A stretch of DNA of 64,000 nt from an uncultured Candidatus Bathyarchaeia archaeon (GTDB lineage Archaea; Thermoproteota; Bathyarchaeia; RBG-16-48-13; CAYWPD01): NCBI GenBank assembly GCA_964460055.1, contig CAYWPD010000001.1, forward strand, positions 1,376 to 65,375. Direction: 5' to 3'. Made by a program: the position numbers and the translations under genes. Numbering within the stretch: position 1 is the stretch's first letter; each line of letters opens with the position of its first letter. Shown piece after piece: positions 8,798 through 18,686 of this stretch. The notes under the pieces were generated by a model, which did not search any database, was not told the DNA's origin, and saw only the letters and a list, made by a program, of their open reading frames with translations.

Positions 8798-10408
8798 CTA
8801 GGACTGCCTCCTTCTTAGAACCATGCCTGCTCTCGCGCCTATATGCTCTCCATTTTCTACCGCAGCCTCACCGTTGACTATTACATAGCGGATGCCCTGA
8901 GGATACCGATGTGGGTCTTGGTATGTTGCAAGATCCAACACCGTATCAGGGTCGAAGATTGTTACGTCGGCCTGCATTCCTTCGGCCAGGAGCCCACGGT
9001 CGAGTAGCCCAAGTCTACGAGCCGGCAGTGAGGTCATCTTGCGGACTGCTTCCTCAAGCCGCAGGATCTTCTTATCGCGTATGTACCTGCCTAGAACCCG
9101 TGGGAAGGTTCCGTAGTTTCGGGGATGAGGCTTTCCAACATGGAGTTTTCCATACGGGGCATAACTGCTTCCGTCCGTCCCTATCATTGAACCGGGATAT
9201 CGAAGCACCGTTTCGACGTCCTGCTCATTCATCTCAAAGATCACTATCTGGGCGACGCCTTTGCTCTCCACGAGCAGATCGAAGGCAGTGTCGATTGGAT
9301 CCCTGTCTCTCAGCTTTGCGATCTCGGCGACGCTCTTTCCTTCCAGTGATCTGTCTGGGTCAAACTGTGAGATGATTATGTTCTCCCATCCGGCCTGCCT
9401 AGCTAAGTCTTCCCATCTGGGTATGCCTTCTATTATCTCGTGTTTCAGTCTCGATCTGATTTTCTTATCGCCCAGTCTGCTCACTAGGTTCGAAAGCCCT
9501 TCTTCATGAGCCCAAGTCGGAATACAGGCACTGAGGTCCGTACTTCCTGCCGTATACGGGTACACATCGCAGGTGACGTCAACTCCTCTCTTGCGTGCCT
9601 CCTCGATCATCCGTAGAGAATCGTTTACCTTGCCCCAGTTCTCGCTCCCCGCCGCCTTGTGATGCGATATCTCCACTGGCACCCCGGCTCTTTCTCCGAT
9701 CGCTATTGCCTCGTCCACAGCTTCAAGAAGGTAGTTGCTTTCATTTCTGATGTGACTGGAATAGAATCCTCCGTATCCTGATACGACTTTGCATAGTTCA
9801 ACAAGTTCTTCTGTCTTTGAGTATGAGCCTGGTGCGTATATCAGTCCTGAAGAGAGTCCTCGAGCGCCATCCTTCATAGCCTCTCCGACAAGCCCCTTCA
9901 TCTCTTCCATTTCGACTTCGGTTGGACTCCGATTATCGTAACCCATCACGGCAATTCGCACAGTGCCGTGGCCTACCAGTGGGGCGACATTGACTGAGAT
10001 CTTTCTCTCTTCCAGAGTCCTCAGATAGTCTTCGAAGGATCTCCAAGCCCAGTTGACCTCTTCTGCTAGCGGCATGCAGTTCTTCTTCAGAAGGTCCAGT
10101 CTGTCCTCGCGTATGGGTGCGAGTGTTGAACCACAATTTCCTAGAACCTCTGTGGTAACTCCTTGTCTGATCTTGCTTTCTGCCAAGGGGTTTATGAGGA
10201 GATGGAGGTCCGAATGGCTATGCATGTCGATGAAGCCTGGTGCAACTATGAGGCCGGAGCCGTCTATTGTGAGATTAGGCTCGGCTCCGTGGAAAGGGCC
10301 TATTCCTGAGATTTTGTCGGATTCGATCAGAACATCAGCCTTAAACCACGGATTCCCGGTTCCGTCGACGACGAACCCATTCTTAATCAGAACGTCTCCC
10401 ATCACCAT
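8798..10408 (-). CDS. N-acyl-D-amino-acid deacylase (D-aminoacylase) family amidohydrolase
   Basis: The ORF has a metal-binding GFIDMHSHSD motif, is about 536 aa long, and carries the glycine-rich C-terminal region typical of D-aminoacylase-type amidohydrolases. Confidence 0.68.
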   Translation of the reverse strand: MVMGDVLIKNGFVVDGTGNPWFKADVLIESDKISGIGPFHGAEPNLTIDGSGLIVAPGFIDMHSHSDLHLLINPLAESKIRQGVTTEVLGNCGSTLAPIREDRLDLLKKNCMPLAEEVNWAWRSFEDYLRTLEERKISVNVAPLVGHGTVRIAVMGYDNRSPTEVEMEEMKGLVGEAMKDGARGLSSGLIYAPGSYSKTEELVELCKVVSGYGGFYSSHIRNESNYLLEAVDEAIAIGERAGVPVEISHHKAAGSENWGKVNDSLRMIEEARKRGVDVTCDVYPYTAGSTDLSACIPTWAHEEGLSNLVSRLGDKKIRSRLKHEIIEGIPRWEDLARQAGWENIIISQFDPDRSLEGKSVAEIAKLRDRDPIDTAFDLLVESKGVAQIVIFEMNEQDVETVLRYPGSMIGTDGSSYAPYGKLHVGKPHPRNYGTFPRVLGRYIRDKKILRLEEAVRKMTSLPARRLGLLDRGLLAEGMQADVTIFDPDTVLDLATYQDPHRYPQGIRYVIVNGEAAVENGEHIGARAGMVLRRRQS

Positions 10409-10414
10409 TTTCTC

Positions 10415-12076
10415 CTATTCATTCTCTTGTGCTTCGAAAGAATTGACCTGTCTAGGTTTCTGATAGACTATTTTTCCCCCGACGATGGTCACGTCGACCT
10501 CGACATTCTTTATCCGCTCGGTTGGTATGATGGTTATGTCCTCATGTAGGACAGTGATATCTGCCAATTTTCCTTGCTCTATTGAACCCTTCAGATCCTC
10601 TTCAAAGGAGGCGTATGCTCCATCGATCGTATATGCTCTCAACGCGTCGACAACACTGATGCACTCACTCTCATCAAGGACCATTCTGGCCATCGTCTTC
10701 CGCGTGATCATTCCGTAGATACCTAGCATTGGGTTCTCCGAGCAGACTGGGAAGTCTGAATGTCCAGGCGCTCTAATGCCGAGGGATTTCAAGGTTCTGT
10801 GTGGGAGCACATTCCTCATTCTGCCTTCGCCTAGGTTCGCTAGATAGGCGTCTCCGAGATCATAGATGAAACCGGCCGCCGACATGTTCAACACATCGAG
10901 ACGCTTCAGCCTCGCCGCAATGCTTGAAGTGACATAACAGCAGTGCTCTATCCTATGCCGGTGATTCTTCTTGGGCAGAGCTTCCAGAGCTTTCTCTATG
11001 GCATCTAGGCATGCATCTATCCCTCTGTCTCCGACTCCATCCAATCCGACGCGGAGACCTGCCTTGTGAGCTTGAAGAACCATGGAGTTCATCACCTCCG
11101 GCGGATAGAGAATGAATCCTCGGTTTTCCGGTTCCCCCAAATATGGCTCATAGTATGCAGCTGTTCTGCCGCTTGTGCTGCCATCAAAGACCCATTCGAT
11201 GCCGATTACCTTGATCCACTCGTCTCCAAAACCCGTTTCCAGCCCCGTCTTTATCAGCGCTGAGAGCAGTCCCTCCTCCCCTCCATCCATCATCAGGCCA
11301 ACTCTGATCGGCAGTTCTCCTTCCCTGCGAAGTTCTTGGAAAGCCTTCAAATGTAGCGAGCCGGCGGTCGAGGCTTGTATACTTGTTATACCGCATCGCG
11401 TAAGTTGCTGGAAGCAGAGTTTCAGGCCTTTCTTGATGTCTTCTAGCGTGTAAGGTGGGATCGAGTCTCGGACGAGTTCTTGGGCCCTTCCTCTCAAAAC
11501 TCCCGTGAGTTCTCCATCGGATGCTCTATCTAGCTTTCCGGAGGGTGGATCTTTGGTCTCTCTTCCAACCTCTGCCTTCTCGAACGCCAAAGTGTTGCCG
11601 ACGCTCACATGCCCATCTACTCTTCTGACGTATACTGGGTTGCATGGGGCCGCTTCATCCAGCTCCCACCTTGTGACGTGCCTATTCTCTTCGAGTTTGG
11701 TATTGTCGTAGCCCCAGGCTATTATCCAAGTGCCTGGCTCTGTATGCTTCGCCTTCTTCGAGATCTCAGTCTTCAGATCTGCGATGGATTTGACTTTAGG
11801 GTATCTGCAGTCCACCTCACTCAGCAGCCTTGTGGCGAGATGGGTTGGATGTGTATGGGAATCCACTATTCCAGGAATCGCACATCTTCCCGAGAGATCG
11901 ATCTTCACTGTCTTAGGCCCTGCCGATGATAGAGCCTCATCGCTAGTCCCGACGAAAGTGATTCTGTCGGACTTGATGACAACAGCTTGGGCGATGGTAT
12001 CGTCCTCATCGAGAGTAACTATCTTCCCGTTGAAGAGAACTAAGTCGGCGCTCACACGATCTGTTGTCGCGATCAT
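10415..12076 (-). CDS. amidohydrolase family protein (Amidohydro_3 / YtcJ-like metal-dependent hydrolase)
   Basis: A 553-aa ORF with an N-terminal IPGIVDSHTHP metal-binding motif, a C-terminal HSDFPV and a GKLADITVL-type terminus typical of Amidohydro_3 enzymes. Confidence 0.7.
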   Translation of the reverse strand: MIATTDRVSADLVLFNGKIVTLDEDDTIAQAVVIKSDRITFVGTSDEALSSAGPKTVKIDLSGRCAIPGIVDSHTHPTHLATRLLSEVDCRYPKVKSIADLKTEISKKAKHTEPGTWIIAWGYDNTKLEENRHVTRWELDEAAPCNPVYVRRVDGHVSVGNTLAFEKAEVGRETKDPPSGKLDRASDGELTGVLRGRAQELVRDSIPPYTLEDIKKGLKLCFQQLTRCGITSIQASTAGSLHLKAFQELRREGELPIRVGLMMDGGEEGLLSALIKTGLETGFGDEWIKVIGIEWVFDGSTSGRTAAYYEPYLGEPENRGFILYPPEVMNSMVLQAHKAGLRVGLDGVGDRGIDACLDAIEKALEALPKKNHRHRIEHCCYVTSSIAARLKRLDVLNMSAAGFIYDLGDAYLANLGEGRMRNVLPHRTLKSLGIRAPGHSDFPVCSENPMLGIYGMITRKTMARMVLDESECISVVDALRAYTIDGAYASFEEDLKGSIEQGKLADITVLHEDITIIPTERIKNVEVDVTIVGGKIVYQKPRQVNSFEAQENE

Positions 12077-12629
12077 TCTCTCACCCGGCCCATGTGATAT
12101 CAGATTGAAACTTTGGATTGTGTGGTTGCGCTGAGCTCATAATGGTTGAGGTTTCCAATTTGTCCCGACCGAAGCAGTGCCCTGACCGCTCTGCTGATGA
12201 CGTTATTCACCGCTCTTCTTCCAGAAGTATCTGCAGTTGATACTGTTGAGGAAAATTCTTCACCCGGGTGTTTTCGGTGCTCTGTCTGGGTGAACGAATC
12301 GGGCCCTGATAGTTCAGTTCGCGATGGCGCCTCCTACAGAGTATTCCGGCTGATAGTTCTCTGTTTCAAAGGATGACAGGCCAAGCTGAAAAGTAGCTGA
12401 ATCTGGCAAATGCTTTTTGGGTGAGTATTCTCAGTCTAGTGTTGGAGATGAAGCAGCCGTCCCAGACGGACCTCTTGGCGAAGAGAGATGGCGACCTCGT
12501 GACGAGCTGATCCACCTTTCTTAAGGAGAAAGAACAGGCCCTTCAAAACGTCTTTTGAATTTCTGTTCCAATCGAAATTGTCGCTCAATCGGATATCGGC
12601 TTGATCATTGTCTTGAGAAGAGTCGCACC

Positions 12630-13778
12630 CTATAGCTCAGTCCCGGGTATACGTCTTTCTCGACTTTGGAAAAACAGTAGGAATGTGGAAAACGATGTCA
12701 AGAGCGCGAACAGCAAGAAAGGAGACCTAAGATCGACTCCTAGGAGAGGAGTGACCAAGATCGGCATAGCGGGAAACGATAGGTCGATGACGCCGTCAAA
12801 GAAGGCCATGTATAGACTCTCCATGCCCGAGGGTGCCGATTTCGCTATCATGGCACCGGACTGGACGAAGACCGCTCCAAGGGTCACACCTAGCCATCCC
12901 ATCCAGACGGCCATCAGGACAGGGTTCTTCGAGATGTAAAGCAAAAAGAAGGGTGGCACGCAAGACAGTGCAAAGAAGGCGGCCAAGAATCGGCCTCTCC
13001 ATTTCTCGAATACGACTCCGAGAGGGATCTGAAAAAGCAGGAACGTTACGAAATAGGAAGAAAGAATCAATCCTATCGTGACATTCGAGAACCCTTCGGA
13101 TGACCCGATGAGAGGAATGACCAATTCAAAGCCTGCAAATCCAATTTCTACGAGAAAGACCGCTAGACATACCATTACTACGGAGTATCTGGAGAGCAGG
13201 TCTCTAATGGAGTGTCTGAAGGTCTCTCTTGCGGCGACTGTTTTCTTCTCCGAAATCAGTATCATCGTGGGAATGCCGGCTGCACTAACCAGCGCACTCA
13301 GGAAGAATGGATACGAAAGATTCAGCGACCCAAGGATTCCTCCCAATATGGGTGCGATCATCATTCCAAATCCTTGGAAAGTCCTGTAGATCGAAAAACT
13401 CTTCGACTTCTCTCCCATCTGAGCGATCAATCCCAAAACGGCTGGTCCAAAGATCCCAAGCCCTATACCCTGGATGACACGGAAGACTACAAGTTGAAAG
13501 AAGGTCTGGGCGACCCCACATAGTAGGGCAGAGGCTCCATAGGTTGCCAAACCCAATGACCCAAGTCTCTTTTTGCCGTACTTATCGCAAAGATGCCCGG
13601 TAAACATCTCAAGTAAGGCCCAAGTTAGAGAATAAGCGGAAAAAAAGGCCCCTATTTCCGCATACGTCACCCCATACTTCTCGACGTATTGAGGGAGGAT
13701 TGGCGACACTACGAACAGTCCGAAGGTACTGAGGAATCCCAAGACAGATGTGCCCAGTAGCGCAATCTTTCTTTCCAA
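12630..13778 (-). CDS. MFS transporter
   Basis: A 382-aa protein with about 12 hydrophobic helices and glycine-rich loops characteristic of MFS transporters. Confidence 0.78.
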   Translation of the reverse strand: MERKIALLGTSVLGFLSTFGLFVVSPILPQYVEKYGVTYAEIGAFFSAYSLTWALLEMFTGHLCDKYGKKRLGSLGLATYGASALLCGVAQTFFQLVVFRVIQGIGLGIFGPAVLGLIAQMGEKSKSFSIYRTFQGFGMMIAPILGGILGSLNLSYPFFLSALVSAAGIPTMILISEKKTVAARETFRHSIRDLLSRYSVVMVCLAVFLVEIGFAGFELVIPLIGSSEGFSNVTIGLILSSYFVTFLLFQIPLGVVFEKWRGRFLAAFFALSCVPPFFLLYISKNPVLMAVWMGWLGVTLGAVFVQSGAMIAKSAPSGMESLYMAFFDGVIDLSFPAMPILVTPLLGVDLRSPFLLFALLTSFSTFLLFFQSRERRIPGTEL

Positions 13779-13925
13779 TTAGGAACAATCCGGCGCTTCT
13801 GCCCTAGTGTGGAGCGGGCTACAGGATCAAGTTAGGCTCTTTCTGAGCGTTTCGAACTTTTAGGGATATTCTTCGCCCCTGCTCCAGTACCGAGACTCGG
13901 CTCTTTTTGGTCTCTGATAATCAGA

Positions 13926-14693
13926 CTATTTCGTTTTTTCAAGGAACTTCGTCAGGACGTATAGGATTCGATCCACTGAAGCCTCTATCAGCTTCTCACC
14001 AAGCTCTTTGGAAGCGTAGGTTGGATCTCCGACAGAACCCGTGTTTGTGTAGTCTTCGAAGTATCTTGTTGGATTGGGTTGGATCTTCTCGCTGTATCCC
14101 TTCGGTTCCAGACTGATCTCGGGCGTTCTTACAAAGGGCCTTAGAATCCTGTCCATCCTGACTGTCTCCGGCAGTAGATACATAGCCATGCTGGTCTCGA
14201 TCTCGCAGGCATGCCCCCAGAACTCGGACTTCGCCTCCTTGGCTTCTATGTCTCGCGTGAATCTCCACCAGTCAATCACCAGAATACTCCGTTCCAGTTC
14301 ATTCTGGAGCTCTGTCGCGGCCACCCACAGGGCTTGATCATTACCCCCATGCCCGTTCAGCAAGACGATCTTTCTCGCGCCATGCCTAGCTAAGCTCCTG
14401 CAGATGTCGCTTATCACTCCGATGAATGTCTCCGGGGAGAGCGTAATTGTCCCCGCAAAGTGCATATGGTGTTCGGATAGGCCGTATGAGACTCGTGGAG
14501 CCACAAGGATTCTGAGGCTCGACTTCGTTTTCTCGACGATCTTCTTGGCAACCTCGTGGGTGAGGGCAGTATCATTCTGTAGCTCCATATGGTGGGAGTG
14601 CTGTTCGTGGCTTCCGATGGGAACGATGACGTAATCGGCGGACTTGATCGCTTCGTCAGCCTCTTGCCATGTCATCCTCTCAAGCTCGAACAT
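13926..14693 (-). CDS. creatininase-family amidohydrolase
   Basis: Creatininase-family motifs are present: IVPIGSHEQHSHH, LLNGHGGN and a WGHACEIETS-like Glu/His region. It is 255 aa long. Confidence 0.75.
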   Translation of the reverse strand: MFELERMTWQEADEAIKSADYVIVPIGSHEQHSHHMELQNDTALTHEVAKKIVEKTKSSLRILVAPRVSYGLSEHHMHFAGTITLSPETFIGVISDICRSLARHGARKIVLLNGHGGNDQALWVAATELQNELERSILVIDWWRFTRDIEAKEAKSEFWGHACEIETSMAMYLLPETVRMDRILRPFVRTPEISLEPKGYSEKIQPNPTRYFEDYTNTGSVGDPTYASKELGEKLIEASVDRILYVLTKFLEKTK

Positions 14694-14817
14694 CTAATCG
14701 CCTCTGACTCAAGTCGGGTTTGACTAGAATGTGTGGAGGTTCAATAATACGCCTTTTCTCATGCGGATCTGATGGGAACCTTTTTCTCGAAGGGCAAGAG
14801 GTCTCTTCTCGAAACCG

Positions 14818-15666
14818 GTGAATAGAGGGTTGCTCAGCTCTAGGGTTGCAATCGCGAGGGGGACTGATCCGTCAGAGATGGTGCGTCAAGCAATCACTCT
14901 TCTAGATGCGGGGAGAGTGGTTAAAGGTGGAGACAGGGTTTTGATCAAGCCCAACTGCGTGGCTGACCGGACACCTTTGACGGGAATTACCACTGACCCC
15001 CGAATTGTGGAGGAGCTGATACTCTATGCGAATGAGGAAGGAGCTGAAGAGGTTGTGGTTGCAGACGGGGGATCCGTGGATACCGAGAGGGTCTTCGAGA
15101 CGACTGGGCTGAAGCGACTTGCCAAGAAGCACGGGGTCAGACTCGTCGATCTTAACAGAGACGAAAAAGTCCGAATCCAAATTCCCAATGCGATGGCCTT
15201 GACAGAGGTTGATGTTGCCAAGACGGCTCTTGACTGCAACTGCATCATCAATGTCCCGAAGCTGAAGGTTCACCACATAGCCCTCGTGACGTTGGCGATA
15301 AAGAACCTGATGGGTGTCATCCTGCCGAAGAGCATCATACACGCGCAGCTGCATGAGAAGCTCTCTGATCTGGCGACCTTCTTCAAGCCTAGGCTCAATG
15401 TGATCGATGGAACCGTCGGATCGGAGATCGACGAGGTGAATGGAAGACCGGTTCAAATGAATCTCATCATAGTCGGCGTGGACATCGTGGCCACAGATTC
15501 GGTCGGCGCAGCAGTGATGGGGATCAGTCCGCAGAGCGTCAGACACATTGCCCTATCGGAATCGAGAGGAGTAGGTTGTGCAGATCTCGATCAGATCCAA
15601 GTGGTAGGGAATAGTATCGAGAAGGTCAAGAAGAATTTTGAGTTGCCCCCTGAGTTCAGAGGCTAA
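14818..15666 (+). CDS. DUF362 domain protein
   Basis: The layout (VAIARG...V.QA..LLD...VKGGDRVLIKPN...IINVPKLKVHH) matches the DUF362 family architecture. It is divergently transcribed from the creatininase-family gene. Confidence 0.62.
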   Translation: MNRGLLSSRVAIARGTDPSEMVRQAITLLDAGRVVKGGDRVLIKPNCVADRTPLTGITTDPRIVEELILYANEEGAEEVVVADGGSVDTERVFETTGLKRLAKKHGVRLVDLNRDEKVRIQIPNAMALTEVDVAKTALDCNCIINVPKLKVHHIALVTLAIKNLMGVILPKSIIHAQLHEKLSDLATFFKPRLNVIDGTVGSEIDEVNGRPVQMNLIIVGVDIVATDSVGAAVMGISPQSVRHIALSESRGVGCADLDQIQVVGNSIEKVKKNFELPPEFRG

Positions 15667-15810
15667 ACACGAGATAACAATCGCCTGAATTAAACGATCT
15701 CCACAAGGTCTCTCTCAACTGGTAGGAGTTCACCAAACGCCCTATCGTATGTTCTTCTTTCTGGACGCTGTGTTCGGAACCCTAGCATTATCTCATCTGA
15801 AGTCGTAGGT

Positions 15811-16608
15811 GTGGTCGTGGAATTGACCTTGAAGAAATCAGCAATAGCCATGGCTGCGATCGTCCCAGTGCTCATGATAGCCGCCGCTTTCGCTGCAGTC
15901 GCGATGACCTCAACCAACCTGCAGGTCAAGTGGCCCAGCAACTATCCATACGTGTATGCCGCAGTGAATGGCGTCAACGGGACATTGAGTGTCTCAGGCA
16001 CAGGAGTGGCGTCCATCACGCCGGACAGGGCAGAGCTATCGATGGGGCTCTTCACTGAAGGCTTCACAGCAAAGGACGCTGTGGACAAGAACGCGGCGAT
16101 CTTCGACGACATACTGAGAGCTTTAGAGGAGCAGGGCATCTCGAGAGATAACATTGCGACCTCGTGGTACAACATATATCCGGTCTACGAATACGCCGGA
16201 TCGAGGCCGATACTTGTAAGCTACAAAGTCGAGCACCAGATCTCCGTCGTCGTCATCGAGGAGGACGTTGACAATCTGGGAAGGAAGGTTGGACGGGTAA
16301 TTGACGCTGCTGTCGGAGCCGGAGCTAACCAGATGTACGGGATACAGTTCACGGTCTCGGATGAGAAAGTGGAAGAACTGAAAGATCAGGCGCTGGCAAG
16401 CGCTGTGAGAGACGCTGCAAGAAAAGCTCAGATCATGACAGAAGCACTGCAGGTTACGATCAAAGGCGTGGTCTCAATAAGTGAGTCCGGTGGCTATTGG
16501 CCGGTAGTGCCGATCTACAGGGGCTACGCGGAGTCGGCAGGAACGCAAGTGCTTCCAAAGATGTTTGAAGTGACGGCAAGTGTCAGCGTGGTCTACGCAA
16601 TAGCCTGA
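15811..16608 (+). CDS. SIMPL (DUF541) domain protein, membrane-anchored
   Basis: An N-terminal hydrophobic anchor is followed by a SIMPL-like two-repeat pattern (ITPDRAELSMGL... and later Y..YAES at the C-terminus). It is 265 aa long. Confidence 0.6.
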   Translation: MVVELTLKKSAIAMAAIVPVLMIAAAFAAVAMTSTNLQVKWPSNYPYVYAAVNGVNGTLSVSGTGVASITPDRAELSMGLFTEGFTAKDAVDKNAAIFDDILRALEEQGISRDNIATSWYNIYPVYEYAGSRPILVSYKVEHQISVVVIEEDVDNLGRKVGRVIDAAVGAGANQMYGIQFTVSDEKVEELKDQALASAVRDAARKAQIMTEALQVTIKGVVSISESGGYWPVVPIYRGYAESAGTQVLPKMFEVTASVSVVYAIA

Positions 16609-16665
16609 GCGCGAGAACTTCTTCAACCTTTTTTTCTCTTGGTGGATGACCTCCTGACTATTTTG

Positions 16666-17541
16666 CTACGACTCTGCCGAGATCGATATTCCACCGTTCG
16701 ACGTCTGTATCCTCAAGTCCACGTTCGCCCCTGTCTGGCCGTATCTTTCAGTCTGTCCGACGAGAAGGGTCTGAGTTGACTGCCCAGCTATCAGCGTGGG
16801 GCCTTGCCATGTGACGCGGGCATTGCTAGTCGACGCGTAGACCCTCACTTCGGTCCTGATGCGTATTCTGACATCTACACCGCCGTTGGATGAAGTTGCC
16901 CTGTAATTTCCTTCTCCGTCGACGTCCAACTCGATCTCGCCGTTGGAGGTTGAGAAGTCCGCGTTCCTACTTGCGATGCTTGCCTCGATCCTTCCATTGC
17001 TTGTCTCGCATTCTGCGTCATCGAATCGTAGGCTTGTGAGTACGAGTTCACCGTTGCTTATGTGGATTTCCAGCTCTCTGCCTTCGAGATTGCTCAAAGT
17101 GACGCGTCCGTTTGAGGTTTCGAGCTTAATTGTATAGATCTTGTTTCTGGGTGCTTGTACCTCAAGGCTGACTGAGGGCGTACTTCCCAAGGTTGGCCCT
17201 TGGAAGCTTGCATGGAGCCAAATCAGCTTTGTGTCCTGTCGATCTTGGTTGCCAGAGTCTATAGAGGTTCTTTCGAGATCGTCCTCTGCTCCTCTCATGA
17301 TGATCTTCATTGTCATGGCTTCGGAGTCGACCGGCTCAATCTGAATCGCGCCATTGAAGGTGGAGATATCTAGATCGATGTTGGGCTGCAAGATCTCTAT
17401 CGAGAGTTGATCGGTTCGTTGTGAAAGGGGCCTGATCAGATTGGAAGTGGCAAGGCCAAACACCAAGACGATGGCTGCCACGATAAGAAGGATCGTGGTT
17501 ATCCGATTGGAGCCTGGTCGAGTGGGCTCAGATCCACCCAT
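16666..17541 (-). CDS. membrane-anchored beta-repeat protein (DUF4097 / putative adhesin-like)
   Basis: An N-terminal TM helix is followed by seven or more roughly 20-aa repeats built on a (T/S)SNG.(I/V).(L/A) core, seen directly in the translation. Confidence 0.55.
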   Translation of the reverse strand: MGGSEPTRPGSNRITTILLIVAAIVLVFGLATSNLIRPLSQRTDQLSIEILQPNIDLDISTFNGAIQIEPVDSEAMTMKIIMRGAEDDLERTSIDSGNQDRQDTKLIWLHASFQGPTLGSTPSVSLEVQAPRNKIYTIKLETSNGRVTLSNLEGRELEIHISNGELVLTSLRFDDAECETSNGRIEASIASRNADFSTSNGEIELDVDGEGNYRATSSNGGVDVRIRIRTEVRVYASTSNARVTWQGPTLIAGQSTQTLLVGQTERYGQTGANVDLRIQTSNGGISISAES

Positions 17542-17647
17542 CCCTCTATCACCGGTCTGACCTTGCGCTAATCAAGACGTTATGTCTTGCCCTAGTTGTG
17601 CTATGTAAGAGAAATTACATGAAGCAGATGATCAAGGCTTTTTCAGC

Positions 17648-18547
17648 TCAGGTTGGCGCCTTCTTCCTTACCTCTGTTTTCGCCAGGTCCTCGAGCAATG
17701 TGATTATGCTGGAATGGTCAAGGTCTCCTCGACCTGCGACCCTCAAGGCGCCGAACATCTCGTGCACGAGGCTGGTGATCGGAAGGGGCACTCCGAACTC
17801 TTTCCCGGTCGCCAACGCGATGCCCAAGTCCTTGTGATGGAGTCTGACCTTGAATCCAGGCTTGAAGTTGCGATCGAGCACGTTGGGTGCCCTAACCTCC
17901 AAGGCCCAGCATCTGGCTGCTCCCCCGCTTAATGCCTTTATGATCAATTCGGGGTCAACTCCTGCCTTGTAGCCCAAAACTAAGGCTTCGCCGACTGCTT
18001 CGAGAGTGAGAGCTACGACTATCTGGTTGCAGGCCTTGGCGACCTGTCCCATTCCGACATCGCCTACGTGCACTATATTCTTTCCGAGTGCTTGGAAGAT
18101 CTCGAGACATTCCTCGAACACCTCAGTCTTTCCTCCGACCATTATGCTGAGCGTGGCTTCGATGGCACCTTTCTCCCCTCCACTCACAGGCGCATCGAGC
18201 ATATCGACGCCCAGTGACGTGAGGTGACCTGCGATCTTCTTCGTTGTGATGGGTGAGATTGTGCTCATGTCGATCAGTATCGAATCGGTTTTGATTCCAG
18301 AGGAGACGCCGTTAGATCCCAGTACCACTTGCTCCACGTCAGGTGAGTCGGGGAGCATGGTGATGACGATGTCTGAGGATTCTGCGACTTCTCTTGACGA
18401 GTTTGCTGCACGCGCGCCGAGTCTTTCGAGCTCCACGATGGGTGGTCGACTTCTGTTGTATACTGTGAGTTGATACTCTTTCTTGAGCAGGTTCTTGGCC
18501 ATGGGTTTTCCCATGATTCCAAGTCCGATGAATCCAACTCTTTTCAT
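17648..18547 (-). CDS. NAD(P)-dependent 3-hydroxyisobutyrate / 2-hydroxy-3-oxopropionate reductase family dehydrogenase
   Basis: An N-terminal Rossmann GFIGLGIMGKPMAKNL motif, a conserved catalytic-Lys region and a length of 299 aa fit the MmsB/GarR family. Confidence 0.8.
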   Translation of the reverse strand: MKRVGFIGLGIMGKPMAKNLLKKEYQLTVYNRSRPPIVELERLGARAANSSREVAESSDIVITMLPDSPDVEQVVLGSNGVSSGIKTDSILIDMSTISPITTKKIAGHLTSLGVDMLDAPVSGGEKGAIEATLSIMVGGKTEVFEECLEIFQALGKNIVHVGDVGMGQVAKACNQIVVALTLEAVGEALVLGYKAGVDPELIIKALSGGAARCWALEVRAPNVLDRNFKPGFKVRLHHKDLGIALATGKEFGVPLPITSLVHEMFGALRVAGRGDLDHSSIITLLEDLAKTEVRKKAPT

Positions 18548-18686
18548 ACGTTCTTCCCTTCATCTCGTTCTATGGACTGTGGTTGCCTGATTTTAGTTTC
18601 TCCTAAGCGGATGGGCGTGTTCGGGCAAAGTCTTAAATAGATTATTCGTTCAACAAATAGACTCTCAGGCGCAGGAAGGATGCTCG

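Noticed and set aside
12146-12376. A 76-aa ORF in the 550-bp intergenic region upstream of the Amidohydro_3 gene.
   Set aside because: It has no motif, lies in a probable promoter region, and I cannot support it as a gene.
12600-12680. A tRNA-like string, gcaccctatagctcagtcccgggtat, upstream of the MFS gene end.
   Set aside because: It does not fold into a cloverleaf. It lacks the conserved D-loop and T-loop GTTC signature and sits inside the 3' end of the 12630..13778 ORF on the opposite strand.
14902-15546. A 214-aa minus-strand ORF.
   Set aside because: It is antisense to the DUF362 gene, which has a family-typical sequence. It is a long open antisense frame probably arising from GC-rich codon bias.
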